64,000 nucleotides of DNA from a virus (IMGVR_UViG_3300021387_001585:32001-96000), one strand, 5' to 3'. Positions 18,355 to 27,591 are shown, numbered from the stretch's first letter. The notes: generated by a model from the letters alone, not told the origin. Program-made: numbers and translations.

Positions 18355-19232
18355 TCTTACGGATTGGCATAGTGCTTTAATTCGCTGATAAGAGGCGGTT
18401 CGTTGGTCTTCTGCAGAGAGTCTGCAGACGTGCTGATAAGACGTCTGCACGACTCACGGAAGAAGACTTAACGCCGCTACTTTGAATCGTTCCGTCCTGC
18501 GAGCATTAGGCAGTATGCGCTGCCATTTTCGTCAGCTATCCTCGCGGTGTGGCATATCGCTTTAGTTGTTTGATGAGTTCCCGCGTTAGAAGCACCGCCA
18601 CAGGTGGCAGCTGTGCGCTAGCACAGAAGCCCATGTGTGGGGGCTTATTGAAAACGCGGGAATCTGAAACCGTTCCGCTCTGATAGCCGTTGGCAGTATG
18701 CGCTGCCATTATTATCGCCTTGCGGCATGGCACATCGCTGTATTGCGTTGATGATAAGTACTGGTTTACCAGAATTGGCATCTGTTCCAGCTCGAAATTC
18801 TCGAGCTGGAACAGATGTGCAACTCTGGTTAAAAAACCGGCACCTAAAGGTGTACCGCCCTACGATAAATTCAGGTTGTGCGACCTGATGTTTCTCTGCT
18901 CCTTGCGACTCGGCACATCGACTGTAACTCGTCGATATTACCAGCGTGTGCCAGAACGAGGCGCCAGGACGCCGTCGGGTGGCAACCGGAACGGCGTCCA
19001 GGCGCCTGCTCTGGTTAAGCACGCTGGATATTAAATCATGCCGCCCTGAACAGCCAGGCTGTGTGCGCAGCCTTGTTATCCACCCTTGCGGTGTGGCATA
19101 GTTCTTTATGGGTTTGATTTAACGTCCCGAACGGGATTCTTACATCTCTTGTGCTGAGCACATCTCTTGTAAGAATCATCTTTCGGGCAGCGATGAATAA
19201 ACCGCCCTGGTGGATGTCCGGTATGCGCCGGA
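18355..19232 (-). ncRNA. RT-associated structured ncRNA array, block B: five units at about 18355-18526, 18540-18709, 18718-18889, 18901-19073 and 19084-19232
   Basis: Same architecture as block A, period about 180 nt. Examples: perfect stem CATCTGTTCCAGCTCGA-AATTC-TCGAGCTGGAACAGATG in B3; small hairpins GGCAG-TATGCG-CTGCC, TCAGGT-TGTGCG-ACCTGA and TCCGG-TATGCG-CCGGA. Confidence 0.88.
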
Positions 19233-19239
19233 GTTATGA

Positions 19240-19437
19240 TTAACTAATCAATGCCATGCCGTATGGCTTTGCATAGATTACATAGAAGGCCGTCGGCGCA
19301 TCGACACCGAGTAACATGAAGCCATCCTTATCAAAGTAGAGCTCTCGTGCTTCCTCAAAAGTTTCGACATTGTCGACATGTAACTTATGGTCTTCGCTCT
19401 CGCTGAACACCTGATAAACAGCGTAATTAGTTTCCAT
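19240..19437 (-). CDS. small hypothetical protein between the RT and the array
   Basis: 65-aa ORF starting a few nt after the RT stop. Confidence 0.6.
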   Translation of the reverse strand: METNYAVYQVFSESEDHKLHVDNVETFEEARELYFDKDGFMLLGVDAPTAFYVIYAKPYGMALIS

Positions 19438-19441
19438 TTTT

Positions 19442-21034
19442 CTATTCTTTATTAGTCCAACTTCTCAGCACCACCAAGTCGGGGTCGTTCTCGCTCTGCC
19501 AGAACCAGCCCGCACCCTCGGGCATCTGGAAGCCCTGCAAGGCTTTCTCCAACTCCCGCTCGGCCTGCTCACGAGGTACGCCATAGAGCATATCCTCGTT
19601 GCTCAGTTCGCTCTCCGGCAGCGCATAGAAGCGCGGTGTGCGGCTCATCGTCCGCTCCGAGGGGATAGAGTGCTTATAGATAGCATAGAGCGTTTCGAGC
19701 GTTTCTACATCAACGGCGGCAGCAGGTTGTTCACTCTTCACTTTTCGCTTTTCACATCCGTTCAACGAGCGGACCAGCGACTCATACGCCGCCTTGCTCG
19801 TGCGGATAGCATTTTGCATACAACCCAGCGACAGATAGCCGCTGATGTCGTCGCCCGTCTTACGGCGGTTTGCCGACACGTTGCGACCCTTGCCACGGAC
19901 GATGCAGCCCTCACGGCCCTGCTTGTCATAGCCCAGGCCGCCCAGCTTCGTCTTACCCGTATGCACGGCACGCAGACAATCCATCACGAACACGTTCAGC
20001 GTGTCGATGTCCTTACGCACATTCACGATAGGCAACACTTGCGTTGCCCACGAGTGCCCCTGCCCGTCGCCACGGTAGAGATAGCGATTCACACGGTTAA
20101 GCGCCGTCCTGTATGTCGTCGTACCACGACGACGCACCGTCCTCGCCTCAATCTCCCGCTGAAAGCTCTTGATGCGAGTAGAGCTCAGGCTGATGCTCTT
20201 CCCCTTGATAGAGAAGCCCAGGAACTTAAACCAGTGGTCGGCATCCAGCCACTCCACCTTCTTCGGGTTCAGCTTCATGTCCATAGCGGCCAGTTCCTCC
20301 GTGAGTATCTGCATAGCCTTTTCAGCATCCGGCCCGATGAACAGCATATCGTCCGAGTAGCGGACGTAATAGCCATTCAACTGCGCCAGACGCTCGTCTA
20401 TGTGATAGAGAATGACGTCGGCCAGCCACGAGGCCACCGAACAGCCCTGCTTCAGCGACTGGTACTTGCTTTCCAGCTCGCCTTCCGGCGTGAAGTACAG
20501 GTCAGCATGATAGTACTTCCTGAGCACATCCAAAAGGGCACTCTTGCCGTGCCGTTCTTCCACCATGTCGAATGCCTGGTCGATATAGCGCAGAGGCACC
20601 GAATCGAAATACTTGCTCAGGTCGGATTTCCACCCAAGCCGTCCTGTGTGTTGCGACGTCGCAACGATAGCCGCAGAAACTTCCTGCACCACCCTGCCAC
20701 AGCCCACACCCTTCAGGTACGACTTGCAACGCGGATGCACCCTGTCAGCCATCAGTTCAAAGAGCAGGTCGTTGGCAATAGATAACAACACACGGTCAGC
20801 CGCCTCGTTCACATACACCGTGCGGAACTCGCCCGGCGTATCTTTCGGAATAAGCGCCGTATGTGGCGGTGCAATCTCGTACTGCCCGTCACGGATAGCC
20901 TTACACATCCGCAGCCGCATTTCCGGCTTGCATAACTGGAAGAGCACGTTCTTCGGAACGTCCTTACCCACGCCCTTGGCGATGGCGTATTCCCACCGCC
21001 CACCGTCGAAGAACATTTCTAAAATTTTATCCAT
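19442..21034 (-). CDS. reverse transcriptase (530 aa) with C-terminal extension
   Basis: RT motifs: EFRTVYV..ADRVLL, GWKSDLSKYFDSV, LKQGCSVASWLADVILYHID, YVRYSDDMLFIG, MKLNPKK, FKFLGFSI. Confidence 0.95.
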   Translation of the reverse strand: MDKILEMFFDGGRWEYAIAKGVGKDVPKNVLFQLCKPEMRLRMCKAIRDGQYEIAPPHTALIPKDTPGEFRTVYVNEAADRVLLSIANDLLFELMADRVHPRCKSYLKGVGCGRVVQEVSAAIVATSQHTGRLGWKSDLSKYFDSVPLRYIDQAFDMVEERHGKSALLDVLRKYYHADLYFTPEGELESKYQSLKQGCSVASWLADVILYHIDERLAQLNGYYVRYSDDMLFIGPDAEKAMQILTEELAAMDMKLNPKKVEWLDADHWFKFLGFSIKGKSISLSSTRIKSFQREIEARTVRRRGTTTYRTALNRVNRYLYRGDGQGHSWATQVLPIVNVRKDIDTLNVFVMDCLRAVHTGKTKLGGLGYDKQGREGCIVRGKGRNVSANRRKTGDDISGYLSLGCMQNAIRTSKAAYESLVRSLNGCEKRKVKSEQPAAAVDVETLETLYAIYKHSIPSERTMSRTPRFYALPESELSNEDMLYGVPREQAERELEKALQGFQMPEGAGWFWQSENDPDLVVLRSWTNKE

Positions 21035-21048
21035 AGTTTCGTTTTAAT

Positions 21049-21435
21049 TTATAGTTTCAATTCACACTCATTAATTTCACCGATAGTGCGGTTGGCATAA
21101 CTATCCTCGAAGCGAAAGTCGTCTTTGCTTTTCGTGCTTACCTCCTTGTCATACTCATTCTCGGAATTCAGCGTCTGCCATTCATCGTCCAGGCACTTGC
21201 GAGCTTCCTCCTCGGTAGCGAATACATTCACCGACACGCCAGGTGGGCCATATTTAAAGTCATTCAGGAACGTAACGACATAGACCTTCTTCCGCTCTTC
21301 CGCCGACTTTACGGCGGCAATAGTTTTTAACGAGTTTGCGATGTCACTCAGCAGGCTTGGCACCCGCTCCATGAATCTCTGTTCTAATACTGTCATAGCC
21401 GTTGGTTTTTGTTTTTTATTATTCATACTTGGCAT
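21049..21435 (-). CDS. hypothetical protein immediately upstream of the RT
   Basis: 128-aa ORF ending 14 nt before the RT start. Confidence 0.7.
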   Translation of the reverse strand: MPSMNNKKQKPTAMTVLEQRFMERVPSLLSDIANSLKTIAAVKSAEERKKVYVVTFLNDFKYGPPGVSVNVFATEEEARKCLDDEWQTLNSENEYDKEVSTKSKDDFRFEDSYANRTIGEINECELKL

Positions 21436-21621
21436 ATTCCAGCCCCTTTTTCTTTTTCAATAGCGTTCCCTGAAAGCGCATTGCGCTAATAAAGTCTGGG
21501 AAACTCTTTCGTTGTTCTGCCTTGCCGGCATACTTCCATACCACTGTTGTCATAGTCTTATTTGTTTAATTCGTTGTTCTGAAAAGCCCCTCCCTGCAGG
21601 GGAGGGGTTGGGGTGGGGCTT

Positions 21622-22110
21622 CTAATAGTGATAGTCTATGATAGCCCCGATGTATATGTGGTCGCCCTCCTTCAACTGAGAGTTCGCCCACTCGAACAGC
21701 TCCCCAAAGGGATAAGCCACGCCGCCACACCAGTCCTCAATGGTGACACGATAGGAAATGTCAACATGTGTACGCTCCGTAACCTCACGGAGGCTGAACA
21801 ACCGCAACTCCGTGAGGAGATTGTCTGCGGTCAGTTCGTTAGCCATCTCCTTGATGCGGTCGGCCCACTTCTGCTTGAACTCGTGAAGGGCTTCCTTGCC
21901 CTTATAGACGAGCACGCCGTCGCCGACGGCAGTGAACACGTCTTTCACGCTAACGGCAAACCAGCCGATGTAGTTTTCACGCTCTTCGCCCAGAACCTCG
22001 TCGCCGATGTAGTCGGCAAAGTCGCCGCTATTATCATAGAAGTCCGAAGGACTTGCGTAGTCCTCCTTGCTGATAGGCTGACTACTGATTTGATAAATCT
22101 TGCTGTGCAT
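21622..22110 (-). CDS. hypothetical protein
   Basis: 162-aa ORF. Confidence 0.75.
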   Translation of the reverse strand: MHSKIYQISSQPISKEDYASPSDFYDNSGDFADYIGDEVLGEERENYIGWFAVSVKDVFTAVGDGVLVYKGKEALHEFKQKWADRIKEMANELTADNLLTELRLFSLREVTERTHVDISYRVTIEDWCGGVAYPFGELFEWANSQLKEGDHIYIGAIIDYHY

Positions 22111-22310
22111 AATTGTTGTGTTTTATTAGTTCATAATGTCACTCATAAGGTCGTACAGCGACCCCCAATCCGTAGGCATCTCGCCATTGATGGCGGCCTC
22201 GATGTTCCCATTATTTTCGTCCATAGTTATTGCCCGTCATGCCGATAGCGCAGCGTTAAATTCGTTGTTCTGAAAAACCTCTCCCTACGGGGGAGGGGTT
22301 GGGGAGAGGC

Positions 22311-23342
22311 TTACGCTGCCTTCATGTGGCGCTTGATGTTCTCGGGAATGTCGCCGCCTGCCATGATGGCCTGAAGAATCTCGGCTACGTCCTTGTCGGT
22401 GTGGCCCTTGCTCGCCCCTACCTCGGGCGCGGTGGTTGGGCTGCTCTTGGGAGCCTTCTTCGCCGCCCACTCAGCCTTCTTGGCCTCCCAGCGGGCCTTG
22501 CCGTCGGCCTGCGCCTGCTCATGTTCAGCCTGGCAGTCTGCTTCGGCCTTGGCAATAGCCTTGGCATCGCCACTGTTGTAAGCGTCGCAGAGCGCCTTGG
22601 CGCATTCCATATAGCGAGTGCCGAACAGCAACACGTACACCTTGTCGCCGTTCAGGTCGCGGCGATAGGAAGCTGCGCACCACTTGTGTCCCTTGTCCTT
22701 GTGCGACTTCCAGCGCGGGTCGTCCTCACCCGTGAAGCCGATAATCTGCGGAGCGGTGTCGCCACGCTTGGTCTTGTATGTGGAAAACTTCACCACAGAG
22801 GTAGCGGTAGCAGAGGGCACAGAGACTTCCACGCGCTCGGTCTCAGGCTTCTGCTTCTTCTTCAGCGTCACCTTCTTGGGCTCCTCCTTGATTTCCTCGG
22901 CGACGGCATCCTCGGCAGGTCGGGTAGAGAAGCCCGGCTTGCCGATAACGAGCGTACCGTGCTCGCCCAGCGGCACCGTCACCGCCTTGTCCTCCTTCTT
23001 CTTCGGAGCCTCCAGTTGGTCGCAGATAGCCACCCTCTTCCCAGCCTTAATGAGCTTCGGCAGGTAGGTGTCGAGGGCATGATAGGGGAAGCCGGCCATC
23101 TCGTAGCCGTCAGCATGTTTCGTGAGCGTGATGCCCAGCACCTCTGCAGCGACCTTCGCATCCTCCTTGTAGGTCTCATAGAAGTCGCCGCAGCGGAACA
23201 GGAGCATAGCATCGGGATGCTTCTCCTTCAACTGCTTGAACTGCTTCATCATAGGGCTCTCGTGGTTAGAAACTTGTGCGTTCTGCACGTTAGCACTCTC
23301 GGTCTTGTTAGTGGCATTCTTGCCAATGTTTAACTTTGCCAT
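22311..23342 (-). CDS. stand-alone MutS domain I (mismatch-recognition) fusion protein
   Basis: [30 protein letters not shown]...[30 protein letters not shown] is the MutS N-terminal domain, including GDFYE. No ATPase domain follows. Confidence 0.88.
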   Translation of the reverse strand: MAKLNIGKNATNKTESANVQNAQVSNHESPMMKQFKQLKEKHPDAMLLFRCGDFYETYKEDAKVAAEVLGITLTKHADGYEMAGFPYHALDTYLPKLIKAGKRVAICDQLEAPKKKEDKAVTVPLGEHGTLVIGKPGFSTRPAEDAVAEEIKEEPKKVTLKKKQKPETERVEVSVPSATATSVVKFSTYKTKRGDTAPQIIGFTGEDDPRWKSHKDKGHKWCAASYRRDLNGDKVYVLLFGTRYMECAKALCDAYNSGDAKAIAKAEADCQAEHEQAQADGKARWEAKKAEWAAKKAPKSSPTTAPEVGASKGHTDKDVAEILQAIMAGGDIPENIKRHMKAA

Positions 23343-23416
23343 AGCTTGTTTTTATTTTGAGTTTGTTTGATTTGTTTTGTAAAGCCCCTCCCTTGGGGAG
23401 GGGTTGGGGTGGGCTC

Positions 23417-24463
23417 TTAGATGCCCAGTCCGTAGCGGTCTGAGATATATTCCACAAAACTTTCGTTCTGCGGAAGGATGTTCGGCAGGTCCATAGAGGC
23501 TACCTTATAGAGCGCCGTAGCACTCTGATATACATCGTACAGCGCCACCTCCTGCTTGCGGCTGAACGTCAGCAGCAACGACTCCGTGAAGCGGCTTATC
23601 TGCGTCTGTGTCAGCGGATAGCAGTTGCCTTGTGCCATGCCGCGAATGTCGCGGTTGCTGCTGTCGAACGCCACACGGGTAGCCGTCAACTCGCCGACCA
23701 TCTGGAACAGGTCGTTTGGAGAGACGGGAATGCGCTTCATGCGCTCCAGCACCTCCATGTCGTCGGCAAAGCGATAGCCCTGCACCATCTGGCGGACACG
23801 CTCAATGAACGTCTTCACATCCATCTGTGTGCGGTCGCCGTTGCCGTAACTGCTAACGAGGTGACTGGCACCGAGGATAGTCTGGTTGCGGCATGCCTTG
23901 CAGTTTGCACCGATAGCCACCTGCAAGCCACGCTGATTCGTGGCCACAACAATGTTTGCCATATGGGTGTCGGTAACGTATCTTGTGAGCGAGATATTGC
24001 AGAACACGCGGTTGAACGTCACCGCTGCAAAGGGGATGTTCTTTGTTCCCGTTCGCTCCTGGTACTGCTCCGTCAGCTGCTTGTTGATAGCGATTCCGTT
24101 GCCCTGTGCGCGGTTCTTGTTGTCGGCCACGAACAGGTCTTCAATAGTACACTCTGCATGATACTGCTTTGCGATTGCAGTAACCTTCATAATGAGCGAA
24201 TAGGCATTGATGCCGTTGCTCAGATTTCCATCGCGGTCGGTCAGGTCGGCACTTGCCTGCAGCTGTGCCATAGTGATGCCCTTCGTCTTGCTCTCGTCAA
24301 GCGGGGCAAAGTACACTGTATTGTCGCTGATAGGCGCGATTCTTTTGTTCTCGTCTACGAGGCTCAGCAGAATGTCCTCGTTCGTAATCTCTTGAATGAC
24401 GGGTGCTGCAACCACCCCCTTGTTAATAGAAAATGCCATAGCTTTAATGATTTTGAGTTTCAA
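23417..24463 (-). CDS. DUF932/DUF3871-like protein (tentative)
   Basis: GLQVAIGANCKACRNQTI resembles the G...vC.N motif; C-terminal ALYDVYQSATALYK. Confidence 0.45.
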   Translation of the reverse strand: MKLKIIKAMAFSINKGVVAAPVIQEITNEDILLSLVDENKRIAPISDNTVYFAPLDESKTKGITMAQLQASADLTDRDGNLSNGINAYSLIMKVTAIAKQYHAECTIEDLFVADNKNRAQGNGIAINKQLTEQYQERTGTKNIPFAAVTFNRVFCNISLTRYVTDTHMANIVVATNQRGLQVAIGANCKACRNQTILGASHLVSSYGNGDRTQMDVKTFIERVRQMVQGYRFADDMEVLERMKRIPVSPNDLFQMVGELTATRVAFDSSNRDIRGMAQGNCYPLTQTQISRFTESLLLTFSRKQEVALYDVYQSATALYKVASMDLPNILPQNESFVEYISDRYGLGI

Positions 24464-24487
24464 GTTTCAAGTTTTAAGTTTCGAGTT

Positions 24488-24967
24488 TCAAGCCGCCAAT
24501 TCGATTTCACCCCACCATCCGTTCACGCTGCGCAGGTCGTCCTCATAGAGTTTGTCGAGGCAGCGATAGAACAGCTCAGCCACCGCACGATGGGCGGCAT
24601 CGTTCTCAATCTGATAGAGCACGCAGTTGAAAAATTTGAACATCGAGCGGCGGAATGTCGACTTGTCCATCACCTCTTTCGTTTTCGAGAAGATGATGCC
24701 GTTCGAGGACGTATAGCCCTCGGTGCGGATGAGTGCGCCCATCTTGCGATAGGCTTCAAACACATCGTCGTAGTTCTCCTCATCGGGCATCACTTCGTCG
24801 TCGTACCGTTCGCACACGCTCGCCACGTTTAGCGCATAGGCATGCTCGAACTGCTGGCGCACGTTGTCGATAAACCACTTGTGCGGGTCACGCTTGGCTT
24901 CCTCGAAGCCACACATCAGGCCAGCGGCCTTGATGTACTCCTTTTTGTCAATTACAAAACTGCTCAT
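24488..24967 (-). CDS. hypothetical protein
   Basis: ORF track; part of a tightly packed early-gene run. Confidence 0.7.
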   Translation of the reverse strand: MSSFVIDKKEYIKAAGLMCGFEEAKRDPHKWFIDNVRQQFEHAYALNVASVCERYDDEVMPDEENYDDVFEAYRKMGALIRTEGYTSSNGIIFSKTKEVMDKSTFRRSMFKFFNCVLYQIENDAAHRAVAELFYRCLDKLYEDDLRSVNGWWGEIELAA

Positions 24968-24972
24968 AGCCG

Positions 24973-25341
24973 TTATTGTTTTTCATTAATTAAGTTCATT
25001 ATCTCAATCATCGCCTCGGCCATCTCGTCGCCATACTTCCGGCGCATTTCAATCTCTCCGGACGACACATAGAGCCGCCCCACCACATAGTCGGCATAGG
25101 GCGACAGGATATTCTGCTCACCACGCAGCCACTCGGCCACCTCGCGGTTAGCATCATCACGTTTTCGGCCCTCCTTCAGCAGGGCCACCAGTCGCGGACG
25201 GGTCTCGCCAAGTATCCGCAGAGCCTCCTTATGAGGCAACATCACGTTTGCTACTTCCATAGTCGTTTTCTTTTGAGGGTTACTTTTCCACCATCCACAC
25301 GTCACGGATGACTGCTCATAATTACGTTGTTTAGATTTCAC
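24973..25341 (-). CDS. hypothetical protein
   Basis: ORF track; start uncertain. Confidence 0.55.
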   Translation of the reverse strand: MKSKQRNYEQSSVTCGWWKSNPQKKTTMEVANVMLPHKEALRILGETRPRLVALLKEGRKRDDANREVAEWLRGEQNILSPYADYVVGRLYVSSGEIEMRRKYGDEMAEAMIEIMNLINEKQ

Positions 25342-25663
25342 ACAAATTCCTCACCATTTCCTTCAGCTCTTGCTCCGTCTCCACACCAAGACGGCGATAC
25401 TCGCGGTTGAGTTCTGCCGTGGTAATGTACTTTGGCATAGCGTAATACTCCGCTGGGTACTCCACGCGGATAGCCTTCGCCTCGTCTTCCACGTAGTCGT
25501 AGTCACCAGTGTCCTCGGCCTCGTAGAGGTCCATAGACACGTTCATCTTGTATGCGCGGCCGCTCATCGTCACCACGCTTGCCTCGGCCTTGAAGCCGAG
25601 TTCCTTTGCCGCCTTGTTGATGAAAGCGGCAAAGGTCTTCGATACTTTCACTTTCATAGTCAT
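25331..25663 (-). CDS. hypothetical protein
   Basis: ORF track; coupled. Confidence 0.7.
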   Translation of the reverse strand: MTMKVKVSKTFAAFINKAAKELGFKAEASVVTMSGRAYKMNVSMDLYEAEDTGDYDYVEDEAKAIRVEYPAEYYAMPKYITTAELNREYRRLGVETEQELKEMVRNLCEI

Positions 25664-25977
25664 GCTGCTTCTAAGTCCTTCATCATTCCCGATGCCACCA
25701 CATCCTCACAGTGATAGCCGTCGGGCGTTGCTATAATCTCGTAGTGCGCATCGTCGCGGCAGAGCGTAGCGAACAGCGTAGTCCACCCTCGCTCGATAGC
25801 CTGCTTGCGCCACCCCTTCAGGTAGTTTAGGGCCGTCTCCTTGCGCTTCACCGATACGCGGTTGAAGTCGTGCCCGTACTCCTGGGGGTTGTGCCCCTCG
25901 TTAATCTCACGTCGTGCCGCCTCGATATAGGTCGGCGCACCATACCAATGCTGAATGATAAATGTCTGCTTTGCCAT
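25660..25977 (-). CDS. hypothetical protein
   Basis: ORF track; coupled. Confidence 0.7.
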   Translation of the reverse strand: MAKQTFIIQHWYGAPTYIEAARREINEGHNPQEYGHDFNRVSVKRKETALNYLKGWRKQAIERGWTTLFATLCRDDAHYEIIATPDGYHCEDVVASGMMKDLEAA

Positions 25978-26003
25978 AATTCAATTCGTTTTTAGTCCAC
26001 ACT

Positions 26004-26411
26004 TCATGCCGCCATAGCCATCTGCACGGGCAGGGCCATATTCAGAAGCGGCACATTTACTTCGGGAAGGAAAGGCATCTGAAGCCACACAACCGTATAG
26101 CCCCAATCCTCGTCTATAGGCGAGAACGTCCCAAAGAACGCCTCGCAAATCATTCTAACGTCAGACATTACAGGCACGTTGACCTTGTCGATAGCCAACT
26201 GGTCTTCATCCGACCAGTCGCAAAAATTAGCACCATGTGCCTCGGCACACCGCTGCATAGCCTGTTTGAGGTTTTCCAAATTTGCTTCCATAATTCTAAG
26301 CTGCTTTAGGTAGTCCTTGTTCTTCTCGTTCATCGTAGGGGATATAGAGCAGGTCGGCCTTGATGAGTGCGTCGATAGCCACACGGGCACACTTGCAGGC
26401 CCATTCATCAC
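26004..26411 (-). CDS. hypothetical protein (true start probably near 26332 or 26291)
   Basis: ORF track; the 5' part overlaps the next gene. Confidence 0.55.
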   Translation of the reverse strand: MMNGPASVPVWLSTHSSRPTCSISPTMNEKNKDYLKQLRIMEANLENLKQAMQRCAEAHGANFCDWSDEDQLAIDKVNVPVMSDVRMICEAFFGTFSPIDEDWGYTVVWLQMPFLPEVNVPLLNMALPVQMAMAA

Positions 26412-26625
26412 GCGGATCGTACCAGCCCTTACGCTGATACATGGCCAGCACCTTCAGGTACTCGATGGCCAGCTCTCCACGCTGCCCCACCAGATAGCGG
26501 TGGTCGCGAGCCATAGCCCGCGCCACGTCGCGCTTGTGATAGAGACCACCGTTGATAAAATCGCTCTCCGTCTTCACGAACTGCTGTTCGCTCTCTGTCA
26601 GGTTCAGTTCTCCGTCGTACATCAT
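26296..26625 (-). CDS. hypothetical protein
   Basis: ORF track. Confidence 0.7.
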   Translation of the reverse strand: MMYDGELNLTESEQQFVKTESDFINGGLYHKRDVARAMARDHRYLVGQRGELAIEYLKVLAMYQRKGWYDPRDEWACKCARVAIDALIKADLLYIPYDEREEQGLPKAA

Positions 26626-26628
26626 AGC

Positions 26629-26925
26629 TCAGTCCTCCAATTTAATCAGAAGAATGACGGTCAGACCGCCATTGCGGTTGTCTTTAGAGTCGGTAGGTAC
26701 GATTGTGTACGGTCCACCGACATAGTGGTCCTTTAGCTTCTCCAAGTCAACGGACAACACGCAGTCTGTCCATACGGCCACATACTCGCCTGGCTCCGCG
26801 AGCCATAATGGCGGATTGCCAAAGTACCCCTCATAGTCAAACTCGTTGTCGATAGTCACGGTTTGCATTGACTCAGTGTCAATAGAATTGTCTACCAACC
26901 ACTTCAAAAAATCTTTTGCTTTCAT
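26629..26925 (-). CDS. hypothetical protein
   Basis: ORF track. Confidence 0.65.
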   Translation of the reverse strand: MKAKDFLKWLVDNSIDTESMQTVTIDNEFDYEGYFGNPPLWLAEPGEYVAVWTDCVLSVDLEKLKDHYVGGPYTIVPTDSKDNRNGGLTVILLIKLED

Positions 26926-26941
26926 AGTCGTGTCCTCCTGA

Positions 26942-27130
26942 TTATGCGAGCATCCCGTCGAACGGGTTCCACGTATAGTTAATAACTGTCCCGTCCATGG
27001 GAATGTAGTCCTCGCCGAACTCTTTTTTAAGGTCGGCGATAGCAGTCTGTGCTGCCAGTGCAGCCATACTTACCACGACAGCTTTCTTGGCGCTTTTCTT
27101 GGCTGCGCCTGCCATTTTCTTTGCCTTCAT
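26942..27130 (-). CDS. small hypothetical protein
   Basis: ORF track; AT-rich leader. Confidence 0.6.
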   Translation of the reverse strand: MKAKKMAGAAKKSAKKAVVVSMAALAAQTAIADLKKEFGEDYIPMDGTVINYTWNPFDGMLA

Positions 27131-27163
27131 AACTTTTTGTGATTTTGAGTTTGTAATTTTGAG

Positions 27164-27391
27164 TTAGCGTGTACCGAATCGCTTTAGTCCGAGAATGAGG
27201 AATGCCTCGACGGCAAGGCCCACTGTAAGCCCAATAGGAGCGAGAGCCAGCGCCAAAAACGTGCCAGCGATACCAAACACGTCGGCCAGATAGTTCAACG
27301 TACACATGCAAGACATGAAACTTACCATGCCTACGACGAACACGATGACGATAAACGATGCCCACGATAGGGCGTTCTTAATCTTTTTCAT
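27164..27391 (-). CDS. small two-TM membrane protein
   Basis: Two hydrophobic segments. Confidence 0.6.
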   Translation of the reverse strand: MKKIKNALSWASFIVIVFVVGMVSFMSCMCTLNYLADVFGIAGTFLALALAPIGLTVGLAVEAFLILGLKRFGTR

Positions 27392-27591
27392 GCTGCTTTT
27401 TTGTTTACGGGGTTAATAGACTCTGTGTTCTCTGCTTTCTCTGTGTGCTCCGTGCGAGCGTCAGCGAGATGGAAACACCACCACGCTGCGCCCATCAACA
27501 CGAGCGCATAGATACCCTGAATAGGGTTCTGCTCCACGCCTGATGCCAGGCAGAAGGCGAGAGCTGCAATAAATCCTCCGATTGTTTTCAT
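27388..27591 (-). CDS. small membrane protein
   Basis: Two hydrophobic segments; coupled to the downstream gene. Confidence 0.6.
   Translation of the reverse strand: MKTIGGFIAALAFCLASGVEQNPIQGIYALVLMGAAWWCFHLADARTEHTEKAENTESINPVNKKAA

Noticed and set aside
16646-19034. Short ORFs over the array (16646-16867, 16894-17154, 18536-18781, 18645-19022, 18690-19034)
   Set aside because: They cross unit boundaries, have no typical leaders or protein motifs, and are better explained by the RNA structure.
16317-19232. CRISPR array
   Set aside because: No near-identical direct repeats; the period is about 180 nt; the variable parts are self-complementary hairpins; no cas genes were seen.
19442-21034. 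DGR or group II intron RT
   Set aside because: I found no TR/VR pair differing at adenines, no Avd-like gene, no maturase/HNH domain and no intron domain V. This was by eye only; a self-alignment would settle it.
22311-23342. Full-length mutS gene or host chromosomal DNA
   Set aside because: Only domain I is present and the context is entirely phage-like.
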